From Methanobacteriota archaeon (GTDB lineage Archaea; Methanobacteriota; Methanobacteria; Methanobacteriales; Methanobacteriaceae), in NCBI GenBank assembly GCA_963787255.1, contig CAWBCJ010000029.1, forward strand, positions 704,001 through 768,000: a stretch of DNA of 64,000 nucleotides. Reading direction: 5' to 3'. The position numbers were made by a program, and so were the translations under genes. A model generated the notes under the pieces. That model made no database searches, had not been told where the DNA came from, and saw only the letters and a list, made by a program, of their open reading frames with translations. Positions 1 through 9,591 of the stretch are shown here, one piece after another; position 1 is the first letter of the stretch, and the number at the start of each line of letters is the position of its first letter.

Positions 1-710
1 GAACGAGTAAAAGAAGACATAGAAATGGTAATGTTAAGAGATCCGGCTGCAAGAAGCAAGTTAGAAATATTTTTTACATATCCTGGACTTCACGCCATAT
101 GGCTTTATAAAATAGCTAACTGGTTATGGATTCGCAATCATCATTTTTACCGGTGGCTTAATTTCGGCTATTACTCGCTTTTTTACAGGAATAGAGATAC
201 ATCCTGGAGCAAAAATAGGAAGAAGAGTATTCATCGACCACGGAATGGGTGTCGTAATTGGAGAAACTGCAGAAGTTGGAGATGATGTTTTAATTTATCA
301 GGGTGTTGTTCTGGGTGGAACAAGCCTTGGAAAGGAAAAAAAGGCACCCTACCATTGGAAGTGGGGTTGTAATAGGTTCTGGAGCTAAAGTTATTGGTAA
401 TATTGAAATAGGAGACTGCTCGAAGATAGGAGCAGGTTCTGTAGTCTTAAAATCAGCTCCAATGGGGTCTACAGTTGTTGGAATTCCTGGACGAAATGTA
501 AAAGAAGAGCGTAAATGCGCTATAGATCTGGATCATGGAGAGTTACCAGATCCTGTTGCAGAAGTGATTAAACTTATTTTAGACCGCCAAGATGAAATGG
601 AAAGCCAGATAAGAGCATTAGGAATATCAACATCTACCATAAAAATGAATGAACTTTTTGAGAGAAAATCAGAAATTGAAGAAATATTCTCAGAAGGTGC
701 AGGCATATAA
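1..710 (+). CDS. cysE: Serine O-acetyltransferase; 5' end outside window, two apparent frameshifts (~147, ~329)
   Basis: Stitched frames give [58 protein letters not shown], typical of CysE hexapeptide-repeat acetyltransferases. Confidence 0.9.
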
Positions 711-843
711 TATCATTTTTTTATTTTATTAGTAATTATATTAGCCTTAAAATTACATTTTAAGTTCATAAATTAGCTTTAAAACATAAATAAACAGTAA
801 TAAACTAAAATTTAATAAAATAATGTAAGCAAAAAAATATAAG

Positions 844-867
844 TTAATATAACACTAGTTATATTAA
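844..867. promoter_or_regulatory. Palindromic operator TTAATATAAC-acta-GTTATATTAA upstream of the HTH regulator
   Basis: Perfect 10-bp inverted arms; core TAAC-N4-GTTA at 850-861 matches motif repeated upstream of sulfur genes. Confidence 0.75.
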
Positions 868-966
868 TTCAATTTAAAGAGTTTATTTAAATTTTACAAA
901 TTCAGTTTAAAAGAGGGAAATAATCAATTGATAACATTTAAATTTCCAAATTATAATTAAACGGGC

Positions 967-1404
967 GTGATAGAAGTGAGACCACCATGTGAAATAGTTG
1001 TATGGTACGTAATTCCAAGTATACGGTCTGAATTGGCTAAAGAATTACTTAATTTAGGTATGAAACAAAAACAAATTTCTGAACTGCTGGATATTACTCA
1101 ACCTGCAGTATCACAGTATATAAGTGATAAAAGGGGACACGGAATTAAATTTGATGAAAATACTCAAAACATGATCAAAACTTTTGCAAGAGATTTAATG
1201 GAACAAAATCTGGAACAAGGGAGATGTAATACGCGAATATGTGAGATATGCAAGCACGTTAAAGCAGAAGAGGTTGTATGTCAACTGCATAAAGAAAAAG
1301 ATAACATTCCTGCAGGTTGTAATGCATGTATGGGATCAAAAAGGAATATAGATACCTGGATTACTGTATCTAATGGGTTCTTTTCTATTTATCCTCTAAA
1401 TTGA
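967..1404 (+). CDS. Cys-rich HTH transcriptional regulator (COG2522-like); true stop may be 1373 (..DYCI*) if the 3' end is frameshifted
   Basis: PPCE N-terminus, XRE-like HTH (MKQKQISELLDITQPAVSQYI), C-terminal CEIC..CQLH..CNAC cluster. Confidence 0.8.
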   Translation: MIEVRPPCEIVVWYVIPSIRSELAKELLNLGMKQKQISELLDITQPAVSQYISDKRGHGIKFDENTQNMIKTFARDLMEQNLEQGRCNTRICEICKHVKAEEVVCQLHKEKDNIPAGCNACMGSKRNIDTWITVSNGFFSIYPLN

Positions 1405-2768
1405 TGCCTAATATCTCTTAATCTGCTTCTTATTTCATCTGCAAGCTCATAATTCTTATTTTCACGGAGCTTTTCCCTTACATCAACCAGAATATTGACT
1501 AATTCATCATTGCGAATCTCCTTTGCAGGATTCAACTGAAAAATTAAGTCCCAAAATATCTCCGAATTCATTAAGTAATTCTTTTATTTCTTTAAATACA
1601 TTTTTAGAGATATTTTCTTCACTTATTCCTTTATTTATTTCTCTTATGAAATTAAAAAGTGCTGAAAGTGCAATAGGTGTATTAAAATCATTATCCATTG
1701 CATCCAAGAATTCATTTTTGGTATTTTCCAGCATTTTAAGGTATTCATTATTAGAATCACTATTTTTAGTTATATCCATTTCAAGGAATTCATCAACAGT
1801 TTCCATTAATTTATAAATTCTTTTCAAGCTATTCTGTGACTGCTGTAGAGCTTCATCGCTGAAGTCAATTGGACTTCTGTAATGAGTGGAAAGAACAAAA
1901 AATCTAAAGACCTGCGGGTCATATTCAGTGAGTAATTCTTCAATTGTAATAAAATTTCCAAGTGATTTGGACATTTTCTCCCCGCTGACATTTAAAAAGC
2001 CCGTATGCATCCAGTATTTAACCATTGGCTTTTTACCTGTTGCAGATTCCATCTGCGCGATTTCTGCCTCATGATGCGGGAAAATAAGATCTAATCCTCC
2101 ACCGTGAATGTCAAATTGGCCTCCAAAATAGGTTTCAGATATTGCAGTGTCTTCAATGTGCCATCCCGGTCTTCCATCGTCCCCATGGAGAAGCCCATGA
2201 TGGTTTGTCATCTCTCTTTTTCCAGAGTGCAAAATCTCCAGGATTTCTTTTTGTAGTATCTGGATTAACTCGATGAACATTTAGGTCTTCAATATTTCTA
2301 TTTGAGAGCTTTCCAAAGTCTTCAAAACGAGATTCATCAAAATAAATGCCAGTTGGAGGTTTCATAGGCAAAACTTTTCTTTATCAATGTTTGAATTTGA
2401 TTAATAATTTCGTTAAGGTGTTCCAGTGCCCTTGCATAATAATTAACGTTAGTTACACCTAATAATTCCATATCATGGAAATAGAGTTCTTCAAATTCCT
2501 TAGCAAGTTTTAATGGTTCAACACCAAGTTCATTTGCTCTTTTAATGATTTTATCGTCAATATCAGTGATATTTTGTAAATAAAAAATGCTGTACCCTTT
2601 ATATTTTAGATATCTTGCAATAATATCAAAAGCAATATAGGTTCTTCCATGACCAATATGTGATTTATCGTAAACTGTTGGCCCACATACAAACATTTTT
2701 ATTCTGTTTTCGTTTATAGGCGTGAATTCTTCCTTTTTACGGGTCATTGTATTGTATACTTTTATCAT
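1385..2768 (-). CDS. cysS: Cysteine--tRNA ligase, split by about four frameshifts
   Basis: Consecutive ORFs give CGPTVYD..HIGH, DFALWK, SPWG..GRPGWHIE, DIHGGGLDLIFPHHE, KMSKS, ADEIR..L; restored frame ends GINLEDK* at 1385. Confidence 0.92.
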
Positions 2769-3031
2769 AGGGCATCAAACTCGAAATTACTTAGAATTTC
2801 TTAAATTTGTTATAATCATCTTATATATGAAAATTAATATTGAAGTTGGATTTATATTCTTGTATTTTTAAAAGATGGTCAATTTTTATAATAAACTACA
2901 TTTGTTCAGTTTTTAAGATAAGATTTATTATAATAGATTATAATTAAATTAATTTAGAAAAATATCTAATTATTATTGATTATTTTCTCCTTCTGCAGCG
3001 AACAAACGAATTTTGTGAGCGAGGACTTTTT

Positions 3032-3065
3032 TGATCAATCCTTTTTTTCAAGGAAAAAAGGTTGA
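3032..3065. repeat. Hairpin element TGATCAA(T)CCTTT..AAAGGTTGA abutting the tRNA 3' end
   Basis: Inverted repeat; a related copy lies at 6408-6429 on the opposite strand. Confidence 0.55.
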
Positions 3066-3066
3066 G

Positions 3067-3137
3067 GGCCGAGATTGGGATTTGAACCCAAGTATCATGG
3101 TTTGCAGCCATGCACCTCGCCTCTCGGTCATCTCGGC
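3067..3137 (-). tRNA. tRNA-Cys(GCA), intronless, CCA not encoded
   Basis: GCCGAGA/TCTCGGC acceptor stem, ACC/GGT D stem, CATGG-CTGCAAA-CCATG anticodon arm, TTGGG-TTCAAAT-CCCAA T arm. Confidence 0.93.
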
Positions 3138-3167
3138 AAATATATTTAATTGCGTTAGTTACTAAGT

Positions 3168-3185
3168 TAACAATTGTTATATAAA
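3168..3185 (-). promoter_or_regulatory. tRNA-Cys promoter: TATA box (TTTATATA) with operator TAACAATTGTTA immediately downstream
   Basis: Perfect 12-bp palindrome at 3168-3179 overlapping the downstream edge of the minus-strand TATA box at 3178-3185. Confidence 0.75.
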
Positions 3186-3332
3186 TACTTTGCTCCACTT
3201 GATCATTATTGTGTAACTTATCATAGATTTATTTTTAGATAATACTGTATTTACAAGAATGTTAGATAAAAACGGTTTTTAATTGTAGAAACATCACTCG
3301 TAAACTTTAAATAAGAAGAAAGTAGTTAAATA

Positions 3333-3350
3333 TTATAACAATTGTTATAA
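3333..3350. promoter_or_regulatory. Perfect 18-bp palindromic operator TTATAACAATTGTTATAA upstream of metY
   Basis: Exact palindrome about 20 bp downstream of TTTAAATA (3306-3313), i.e. near the expected transcription start. Confidence 0.8.
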
Positions 3351-3502
3351 AAAATATGTTTATAAATTTTCATAGATTCAAACTTGAAATACTTATTTAC
3401 ATCTTCAAATACAAAATTGGGCAGTATAGAGCGATTTTAGGCTTCATTTAGAATCTATAGGTTATAGAATGCCAATAAAAACAAATTTATTGGAGGAATT
3501 AA

Positions 3503-4810
3503 ATGACAGAAGAAAAAAAGAAAGAATATGGATTAAGCACACTTGGATTACACGTAGGACAGGAAGAAGCATGCCCTGCAACAGGAGCAAGGGCAGTACC
3601 TATCTACCAAACATCATCATATGTTTTCAATGATGCAGAACATGCGGCAAATCTTTTTGCCTTAAAAGAATTTGGGAATATTTACACCCGTATAATGAAC
3701 CCTACAAATGATGTTTTTGAAAAAAGAATAGCTGCAGTTGAGGGAGGAAATGGAGCTTTAGCAGTGGCTTCTGGTCAAGCTGCAAACACCTATGCATTGT
3801 TAAACCTCAGTTTACCCGGTGATGAAATAGTTTCTGCAAATAACCTTTATGGTGGAACATATCAATTATTTAATTACACTTTTCCAGAATTAGGGCGAAA
3901 AGTGAATTTTGTAGAATCAACTGATCTTAAGGCAATTAAAAATGCAATTACAGACAAAACAAAAGCAATTTTCGCTGAATCAATAGGTAACCCTAAGTTA
4001 GATATACCTGATTACAAAGGAATAGCAGAAATTGCTCATAATGCAGGAATTCCTTTTGTAGTTGATAATACAACAGGAGTAGGGCTTGTAAAACCTATAG
4101 AACACGGAGCAGATATAACAACACTTTCTGCAACAAAATTCATTGGAGGACATGGTACATCCATTGGCGGGGTAATTGTTGATTCTGGAAACTTTAATTG
4201 GGGTAATGGTAATTTCCCTATTTTAACTGACCCTGATCCAAGTTATCATGGCCTAAAATTCTGGGAAACATTCGGAGATTTCCCGGGACTTGGAAATGTT
4301 GCTTACATAATGAGAGCAAGAGTAAGGCTCCTTCGTGACATGGGGGCAGCTTTAAGTCCTTTCAATGGGTTCCTATTTTTACAGGGACTTGAAACACTGG
4401 ATTTAAGAGTTAAGAAACATTCAGAAAATGCATTTGAAGTTGCAAAATTCTTAAAAGATCACCCTTCAGTAAATTGGGTAACTTATCCCGGATTTGAAGA
4501 TGATCCGGCCCATGAACTAGCTTCTAAATATTTAAACGGAGGATACGGGGCTTTAATAGGATTTGGTATCAGAGGCGGACTTGAAGCCGGTAAAAAGTTC
4601 ATTGAAAATACTGAACTCTTATCCCATCTTGCAAACATTGGAGATGCAAAGAGTCTGGTTATTCACCCTGCTTCAACAACGCATCAACAGTTAACTCCCG
4701 AGCAACAGGCAGAAACAGGAGTTACAGAAGACTTTGTAAGGCTTTCCATTGGTCTTGAAAACGTTGAAGATATAATTGCAGATATAGATCAGGCATTATC
4801 TAAAATATAA
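3503..4810 (+). CDS. metY: O-acetylhomoserine/O-acetylserine sulfhydrylase
   Basis: [23 protein letters not shown]-lysine motif [41 protein letters not shown]. Confidence 0.95.
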   Translation: MTEEKKKEYGLSTLGLHVGQEEACPATGARAVPIYQTSSYVFNDAEHAANLFALKEFGNIYTRIMNPTNDVFEKRIAAVEGGNGALAVASGQAANTYALLNLSLPGDEIVSANNLYGGTYQLFNYTFPELGRKVNFVESTDLKAIKNAITDKTKAIFAESIGNPKLDIPDYKGIAEIAHNAGIPFVVDNTTGVGLVKPIEHGADITTLSATKFIGGHGTSIGGVIVDSGNFNWGNGNFPILTDPDPSYHGLKFWETFGDFPGLGNVAYIMRARVRLLRDMGAALSPFNGFLFLQGLETLDLRVKKHSENAFEVAKFLKDHPSVNWVTYPGFEDDPAHELASKYLNGGYGALIGFGIRGGLEAGKKFIENTELLSHLANIGDAKSLVIHPASTTHQQLTPEQQAETGVTEDFVRLSIGLENVEDIIADIDQALSKI

Positions 4811-4881
4811 CTGAAAAATTTTGATAGTCCAAAAATCTAATAATAAAACTGGACATATCCAATATTATGGGATTTAGAAAA

Positions 4882-6351
4882 ATGAAAAAGGAATCAGTTG
4901 GACTCGCTAAAACGCAGTACTATAATCTTTCTGAGGATTTAACACTGGAAGGTGGAGGTAAGCTTAAAGAAGCTACAATAGCCTATGAAACCTACGGTAA
5001 ATTAAATAAGGAAAAAAGTAATGCGATTTTAATCTGTCATGCGCTTTCGGGAGATGCTCACGTTGCTGGATGGCACGATGGAGACCGAAAACCCGGCTGG
5101 TGGGACAGTATAATCGGTCCCGGAAAATGTCTGGATACAGATAAGTATTTTATAATCTGTTCCAATGTTATTGGGGGCTGTAAAGGTTCTACTGGCCCTT
5201 CTTCAACTAATCCTGAAACTAATGAACCATATGGGCTTGATTTTCCAATTATAACCATTTCGGACATGGTTGATGCCCAAAAGAAGTTAATTGATCACCT
5301 TTCTATAAAACAGCTCTTTGCAATTGTGGGCGGATCAATGGGAGGAATGCAGGTACTTCAATGGTGCGTTTCTTATCCAGATATGGTAAAATTAGCTATT
5401 CCTATAGCTACGGCAGCTAATTCTGCCCCACAACAAATTGCTTTTAATGAAGTAGGTAGAAGGGCAATTATATCTGATCCAAAATGGAATGGTGGTTCTT
5501 ATTACTCTGGAGAAGTTCCTAAGGAGGGATTAGGCCTTGCCAGGATGATAGGGCATATTACATACCTTAGTTATGAGTCAATGTACCAGAAGTTCGGTAG
5601 AAGACTTCAGGATAAGGAAAAATACAGTTTTGACTTTTCACTTGATTTTCAGGTGGAAAGCTATCTCCACTATCAGGGAGAATCCTTTGTTAAAAGATTC
5701 GATGCTAATTCATATCTCTACATAACAAAAGCAATAGATTATTTCGACCTTACAAAGAATGGGTCTCTTTCTGAAGGATTTGAAGATGTAGGGGCAAAAT
5801 TCCTGGTTATTTCAGTGGATTCTGACTGGCTTTACCCTCCAGCACAATCAAAAGAGATTGTAATGGCATTAACAGCAAATAACATAGATGTAAGCTATCA
5901 TGAGCTTAAATCTCCCTACGGGCATGATGCGTTCCTTCTAGAAGAGGGCCAATTAAATTACATTGTAAGTGGATTTCTCTCAGATATTCTCGTAGGGGAC
6001 GTAATGGCAACCGAAGTAACTAAAATCGGTGAAGAATCAAGTATGGATGAAGCAGCAAGGCTTATGCTTGAAAATAAAGTCACTCATTTACCTGTAGTTT
6101 CAGATGGTGATAAATTAATAGGAATTGTGACTGCATGGGATATTTCAAAGGCTGTTGCCTTAAAATGCAGTAAATTAGACGAAATAATGACGAAAGGAGT
6201 CATAGTGTCTAAACCTGACGACCAAATAGAAAAAGCAGCAGAGAAGATGAAAAAATACAATATTTCCTCCCTTCCTGTTGTGGATGATAATCAAAAAGTT
6301 ATTGGAATTATAACAACTGATCACATAAGCACGCTAATAACACGAGACTAA
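4882..6351 (+). CDS. metX: Homoserine O-acetyltransferase with C-terminal CBS pair
   Basis: [14 protein letters not shown] nucleophile, DWLYP, GHDAFL; C-terminal ~120 aa with two CBS repeats (HLPVV..GIVT; SLPVV..GIIT). Confidence 0.93.
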   Translation: MKKESVGLAKTQYYNLSEDLTLEGGGKLKEATIAYETYGKLNKEKSNAILICHALSGDAHVAGWHDGDRKPGWWDSIIGPGKCLDTDKYFIICSNVIGGCKGSTGPSSTNPETNEPYGLDFPIITISDMVDAQKKLIDHLSIKQLFAIVGGSMGGMQVLQWCVSYPDMVKLAIPIATAANSAPQQIAFNEVGRRAIISDPKWNGGSYYSGEVPKEGLGLARMIGHITYLSYESMYQKFGRRLQDKEKYSFDFSLDFQVESYLHYQGESFVKRFDANSYLYITKAIDYFDLTKNGSLSEGFEDVGAKFLVISVDSDWLYPPAQSKEIVMALTANNIDVSYHELKSPYGHDAFLLEEGQLNYIVSGFLSDILVGDVMATEVTKIGEESSMDEAARLMLENKVTHLPVVSDGDKLIGIVTAWDISKAVALKCSKLDEIMTKGVIVSKPDDQIEKAAEKMKKYNISSLPVVDDNQKVIGIITTDHISTLITRD

Positions 6352-6395
6352 TGGAAAAAACTTATCATAATTAATGTTCATATTAAAATTAAGAA

Positions 6396-6454
6396 TTTAT
6401 GAGGATGCAACCTTTGGAAAGGTTGATCATTCATAAAGATTGATCATCCATAAA
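6396..6454. repeat. Hairpin CAACCTTT-GG-AAAGGTTG with extended stem, plus 15-bp direct repeat TTGATCATYCATAAA
   Basis: Inverted repeat 6408-6425; direct repeats 6423-6437 and 6440-6454. Confidence 0.55.
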
Positions 6455-6506
6455 ATTCGTTTATATATTAATTTACAGTAAAAAAAATAATTTATGAGGT
6501 GAAATA

Positions 6507-7679
6507 ATGATTTATATGGATCATTCAGCTACATCACCAGTTGATCCTAAAGTTTTTGAAGCAATGAAGCCTTATTTTGTGGAAGAATTTGGAAATGCTT
6601 CTACATTATACTCTCTTGGAAGAGATGCAAGAAAAGCAATGGAAAATGCAAGAGCACAGGTTGCTTCACTTATAGGAGCAAAAACTGAAGAAATTATTTT
6701 TACAAGTGGTGGAACAGAATCTGATAACATCGCCATTAAAGGTACAGCTTACAGATTAAAAGATAAAGGAAATCATATAGTAACAAGTGCTATAGAGCAC
6801 CCTGCAGTTGAAGAAACGTGTATATATTTAGAGAAAAATGGTTTTGAGGTCACATATCTTCCTGTTTACGAAGAAGGGATTGTTAGGGTATCTGATTTAG
6901 AAGATGCAATAACTGATAAAACTATTTTAATCACAATCATGCATGCAAACAACGAAATTGGTACAATCCAGCCAATAGCAGAAATTGGTAAAATAGCAAG
7001 GGAAAAAAAGATTTATTTCCACACAGATGCAGTACAGACTGTTGGAAAAATACCGGTAGTTGTTGAAGAATTAAATGTGGACATGCTTTCACTTTCAGCA
7101 CATAAAGTTTATGGCCCAAAGGGAATAGGTGCACTTTACGTTAAAAAAGGAGTTAGATTAGAGCCTATTGTCCACGGCGGTGGCCATGAAAAGGGTTTAA
7201 GGCCTGGAACAGAAAATGTATCAGGAATTGTTGGTCTAGGTAAAGCATGTGAAATTGCAGAAAAAAACCTCACCGATAATGCGAAATATATAACAAATTT
7301 GAGGAACAAATTAATAAAAGGAGTACTGGATTCGGTAGAACAATCTTATCTAAATGGACATCCCACAATGAGACTACCTAATAATGTAAACTTCAGATTT
7401 ACAGGTATCGAAGGTGAATCGCTGGTATTACACCTTGATTCTAAAGGAATAGCAGGTTCAACTGGTTCTGCATGTTCTTCAAAGAAATTAGAGCCATCAC
7501 ACGTTTTAACAGCAATTGGTCTGAAGGAAGTTGACGCTCATGGATCACTGCGTCTAACACTTGGAAAAGACAACACTGAAGAAGATGTTGAACATGCGAT
7601 AAAATCAATTCAAGAAGTGGTTGAAACCCTTAGAAAACTCTCTCCTCTCTGGTGTGCGGTGCCAGATACAAAAACATGA
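6507..7679 (+). CDS. iscS: Cysteine desulfurase (IscS/NifS type)
   Basis: IYMDHSAT, FTSGGTESDN, SAHKVYGPKG (PLP Lys), RPGTEN, STGSACSS (group I catalytic Cys). Confidence 0.95.
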   Translation: MIYMDHSATSPVDPKVFEAMKPYFVEEFGNASTLYSLGRDARKAMENARAQVASLIGAKTEEIIFTSGGTESDNIAIKGTAYRLKDKGNHIVTSAIEHPAVEETCIYLEKNGFEVTYLPVYEEGIVRVSDLEDAITDKTILITIMHANNEIGTIQPIAEIGKIAREKKIYFHTDAVQTVGKIPVVVEELNVDMLSLSAHKVYGPKGIGALYVKKGVRLEPIVHGGGHEKGLRPGTENVSGIVGLGKACEIAEKNLTDNAKYITNLRNKLIKGVLDSVEQSYLNGHPTMRLPNNVNFRFTGIEGESLVLHLDSKGIAGSTGSACSSKKLEPSHVLTAIGLKEVDAHGSLRLTLGKDNTEEDVEHAIKSIQEVVETLRKLSPLWCAVPDTKT

Positions 7680-7716
7680 AAATAAAGTTAATTTATGTGT
7701 ATTAGAGGTTGATTAT

Positions 7717-8127
7717 ATGTATAGTGATAAAGTAATGGAACATTTTCAAAACCCCCGGAATGTTGGCGAAATAGAAGATGCAGACGGTGTTGGAACAGTA
7801 GGAAACCCAACATGTGGAGATCTGATGACGATCTACATTAAAGTAAAAGACGACGTAATTGAAGATATTAAATTTAAAACCTTCGGCTGCGGCGCAGCCA
7901 TTGCAACAAGCAGTATGGTAACTGAAATGGCAATGGGAAAAACAGTAGATGAAGCCTTAAAAATCACAAGAAACGATGTCGCAGATAAACTGGAAGGGCT
8001 TCCACCAGTTAAAATGCACTGTTCTAACCTTGCAGCCGATGCATTACATGCTGCAATTGATAATTACAGGGGAAATAAAGGGGAAAAGACAGAAAAGCAT
8101 ATCTGTACAACGTGCGAAGAAGAATAA
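7717..8127 (+). CDS. iscU: Fe-S cluster scaffold IscU/NifU-like
   Basis: MYSDKVMEHFQNPRNVG, GNPTCGD, FGCGAAIA, LPPVKMHCS; GAGGT RBS before ATG at 7717. Confidence 0.95.
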   Translation: MYSDKVMEHFQNPRNVGEIEDADGVGTVGNPTCGDLMTIYIKVKDDVIEDIKFKTFGCGAAIATSSMVTEMAMGKTVDEALKITRNDVADKLEGLPPVKMHCSNLAADALHAAIDNYRGNKGEKTEKHICTTCEEE

Positions 8128-8142
8128 ATTCTTTTTTATAAT

Positions 8143-8580
8143 TTAAATTAATTCTATTTTATCTCCTTTTTTTATATTCCCGCTTTTAATTACTCTTGCA
8201 AATATGCCTTCTTTTGGCATTATGCAATCTCCAGCTTGATGATAGATTGCACAACGTGTATGGCACTCTTTACCAATTTGAGTAACTTCAAGAATTACTT
8301 CTTCTCCTACAAGTAGCTTTGTGCCTATTGGTAAAGCAGTTAGATCAATTCTTTCAGTAGTTAGATTTTCTGCAAAATCTCCAGGATTAACATTTAAGCC
8401 CATTTCACGCATTTTATCAATACTTTCTATTGCAAGTAAACTAATCTGTCTATGAGTGCTGGAATCTGCATGAGCATCGCCATCGATGCCGTAATTTTCT
8501 TCAATAACCGCCTTTTCAACGTTGTTTTTTTTAACTTGTTTTCTATCACTTGTAGAAATTGCTATTATTTTTGCAGTCAT
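8143..8580 (-). CDS. MOSC-domain protein
   Basis: GIDGDAHA, RQISLL, PGDFAENLT, EVTQIGKECH..CAIY..GDCIMPKEGIFARV. Confidence 0.85.
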   Translation of the reverse strand: MTAKIIAISTSDRKQVKKNNVEKAVIEENYGIDGDAHADSSTHRQISLLAIESIDKMREMGLNVNPGDFAENLTTERIDLTALPIGTKLLVGEEVILEVTQIGKECHTRCAIYHQAGDCIMPKEGIFARVIKSGNIKKGDKIELI

Positions 8581-8646
8581 AATATCTTTTTTTAAAATAA
8601 GAGTAAAATAGAAAAAAGAAGTAGGCATTGAATCCTTTCTTGTGTA

Positions 8647-9462
8647 TTATTTAGCTATTGCAGCTTCGCTGGTTTTAACTTTGCTGTTTTTAAGTTTCTC
8701 TATAATTAATTCAGCAACCTTTTCACCAGAAAGAAGCATTCCTCCGAAGGTAGGGCCCATTCTTGGCTGGCCGTAGGCGGTTGCAACTGACATTCCAGTC
8801 ACATAGAGTCCGGGGAAGATTTCTTTTGTATGTTCAACGATGGCATCTTCTGATTTTTCAACCCACATTCCGCCGAATCCTTTGATATCTACAAGCCCAC
8901 GCTCTTCTAAAGATTTTACAACAACTGCATCATGACCAGTTGCATCAATTACAATTTTTGACTCGATTGCAACGGGATCTACACATGTTATGGCTCTTGG
9001 AAGTGCAGATACTGGTGTCCAGTTCATAACAATACCATTTACGTGTTCATCTCTTAAAACGACGTCGTCGAATTTTGTCATATTAATTACTTTCGCACCT
9101 GCGTCCAGTGCGCTTGCTATGAGTTTTGAACATGCGTGAGGTCCGTCTGTGACATATAATCCGTCTTTTACTTTTTTGTATGGTACACCAATTTCGTCTA
9201 ATATCTTTTGACCTGGTTCTCTTACAGTTAGTTTGTTCATGAGGTAACCGCCTATCCAGAAACCTCCGCCTAGATAATTGTTGCTTTCTATAAGGAGTGT
9301 TTTTACGCCTGCTTCGCCGAGTTTTTTTGCAGCTACAAGTCCGCTGGGGCCTGCTCCAACGATAATTACGTCACTTTCTATATATTCTATAAATTCGTTT
9401 GCAAATCCTTCAACAATGGCTTTTGTCACATCTTTTTCTGATATCTTTGAAAAAATTTTCAT
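8647..9462 (-). CDS. thi4: Thiazole synthase Thi4 (Cys-type active site)
   Basis: [42 protein letters not shown]. Confidence 0.92.
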   Translation of the reverse strand: MKIFSKISEKDVTKAIVEGFANEFIEYIESDVIIVGAGPSGLVAAKKLGEAGVKTLLIESNNYLGGGFWIGGYLMNKLTVREPGQKILDEIGVPYKKVKDGLYVTDGPHACSKLIASALDAGAKVINMTKFDDVVLRDEHVNGIVMNWTPVSALPRAITCVDPVAIESKIVIDATGHDAVVVKSLEERGLVDIKGFGGMWVEKSEDAIVEHTKEIFPGLYVTGMSVATAYGQPRMGPTFGGMLLSGEKVAELIIEKLKNSKVKTSEAAIAK

Positions 9463-9484
9463 AGTTAATCCTCGTCAATTTACT

Positions 9485-9518
9485 TAACAATAGTTATATA
9501 ACAATTGTTACTTATAAA
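9485..9518 (-). promoter_or_regulatory. Tandem operators TAACAATAGTTA (9485-9496) and TAACAATTGTTA (9499-9510) directly downstream of the thi4 TATA box
   Basis: Two copies at 14-bp spacing; minus-strand TTTATAAG at 9511-9518. Confidence 0.8.
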
Positions 9519-9591
9519 TTTTATGAATGTTCCCTAAAAAACAAAAATAGATTATAAATAATAAAAAAAAGGTAAAAAGAGAAATTAGAGC

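Noticed and set aside
2980-3198. 72-aa minus-strand ORF
   Set aside because: Overlaps the tRNA-Cys gene and its promoter; no protein features.
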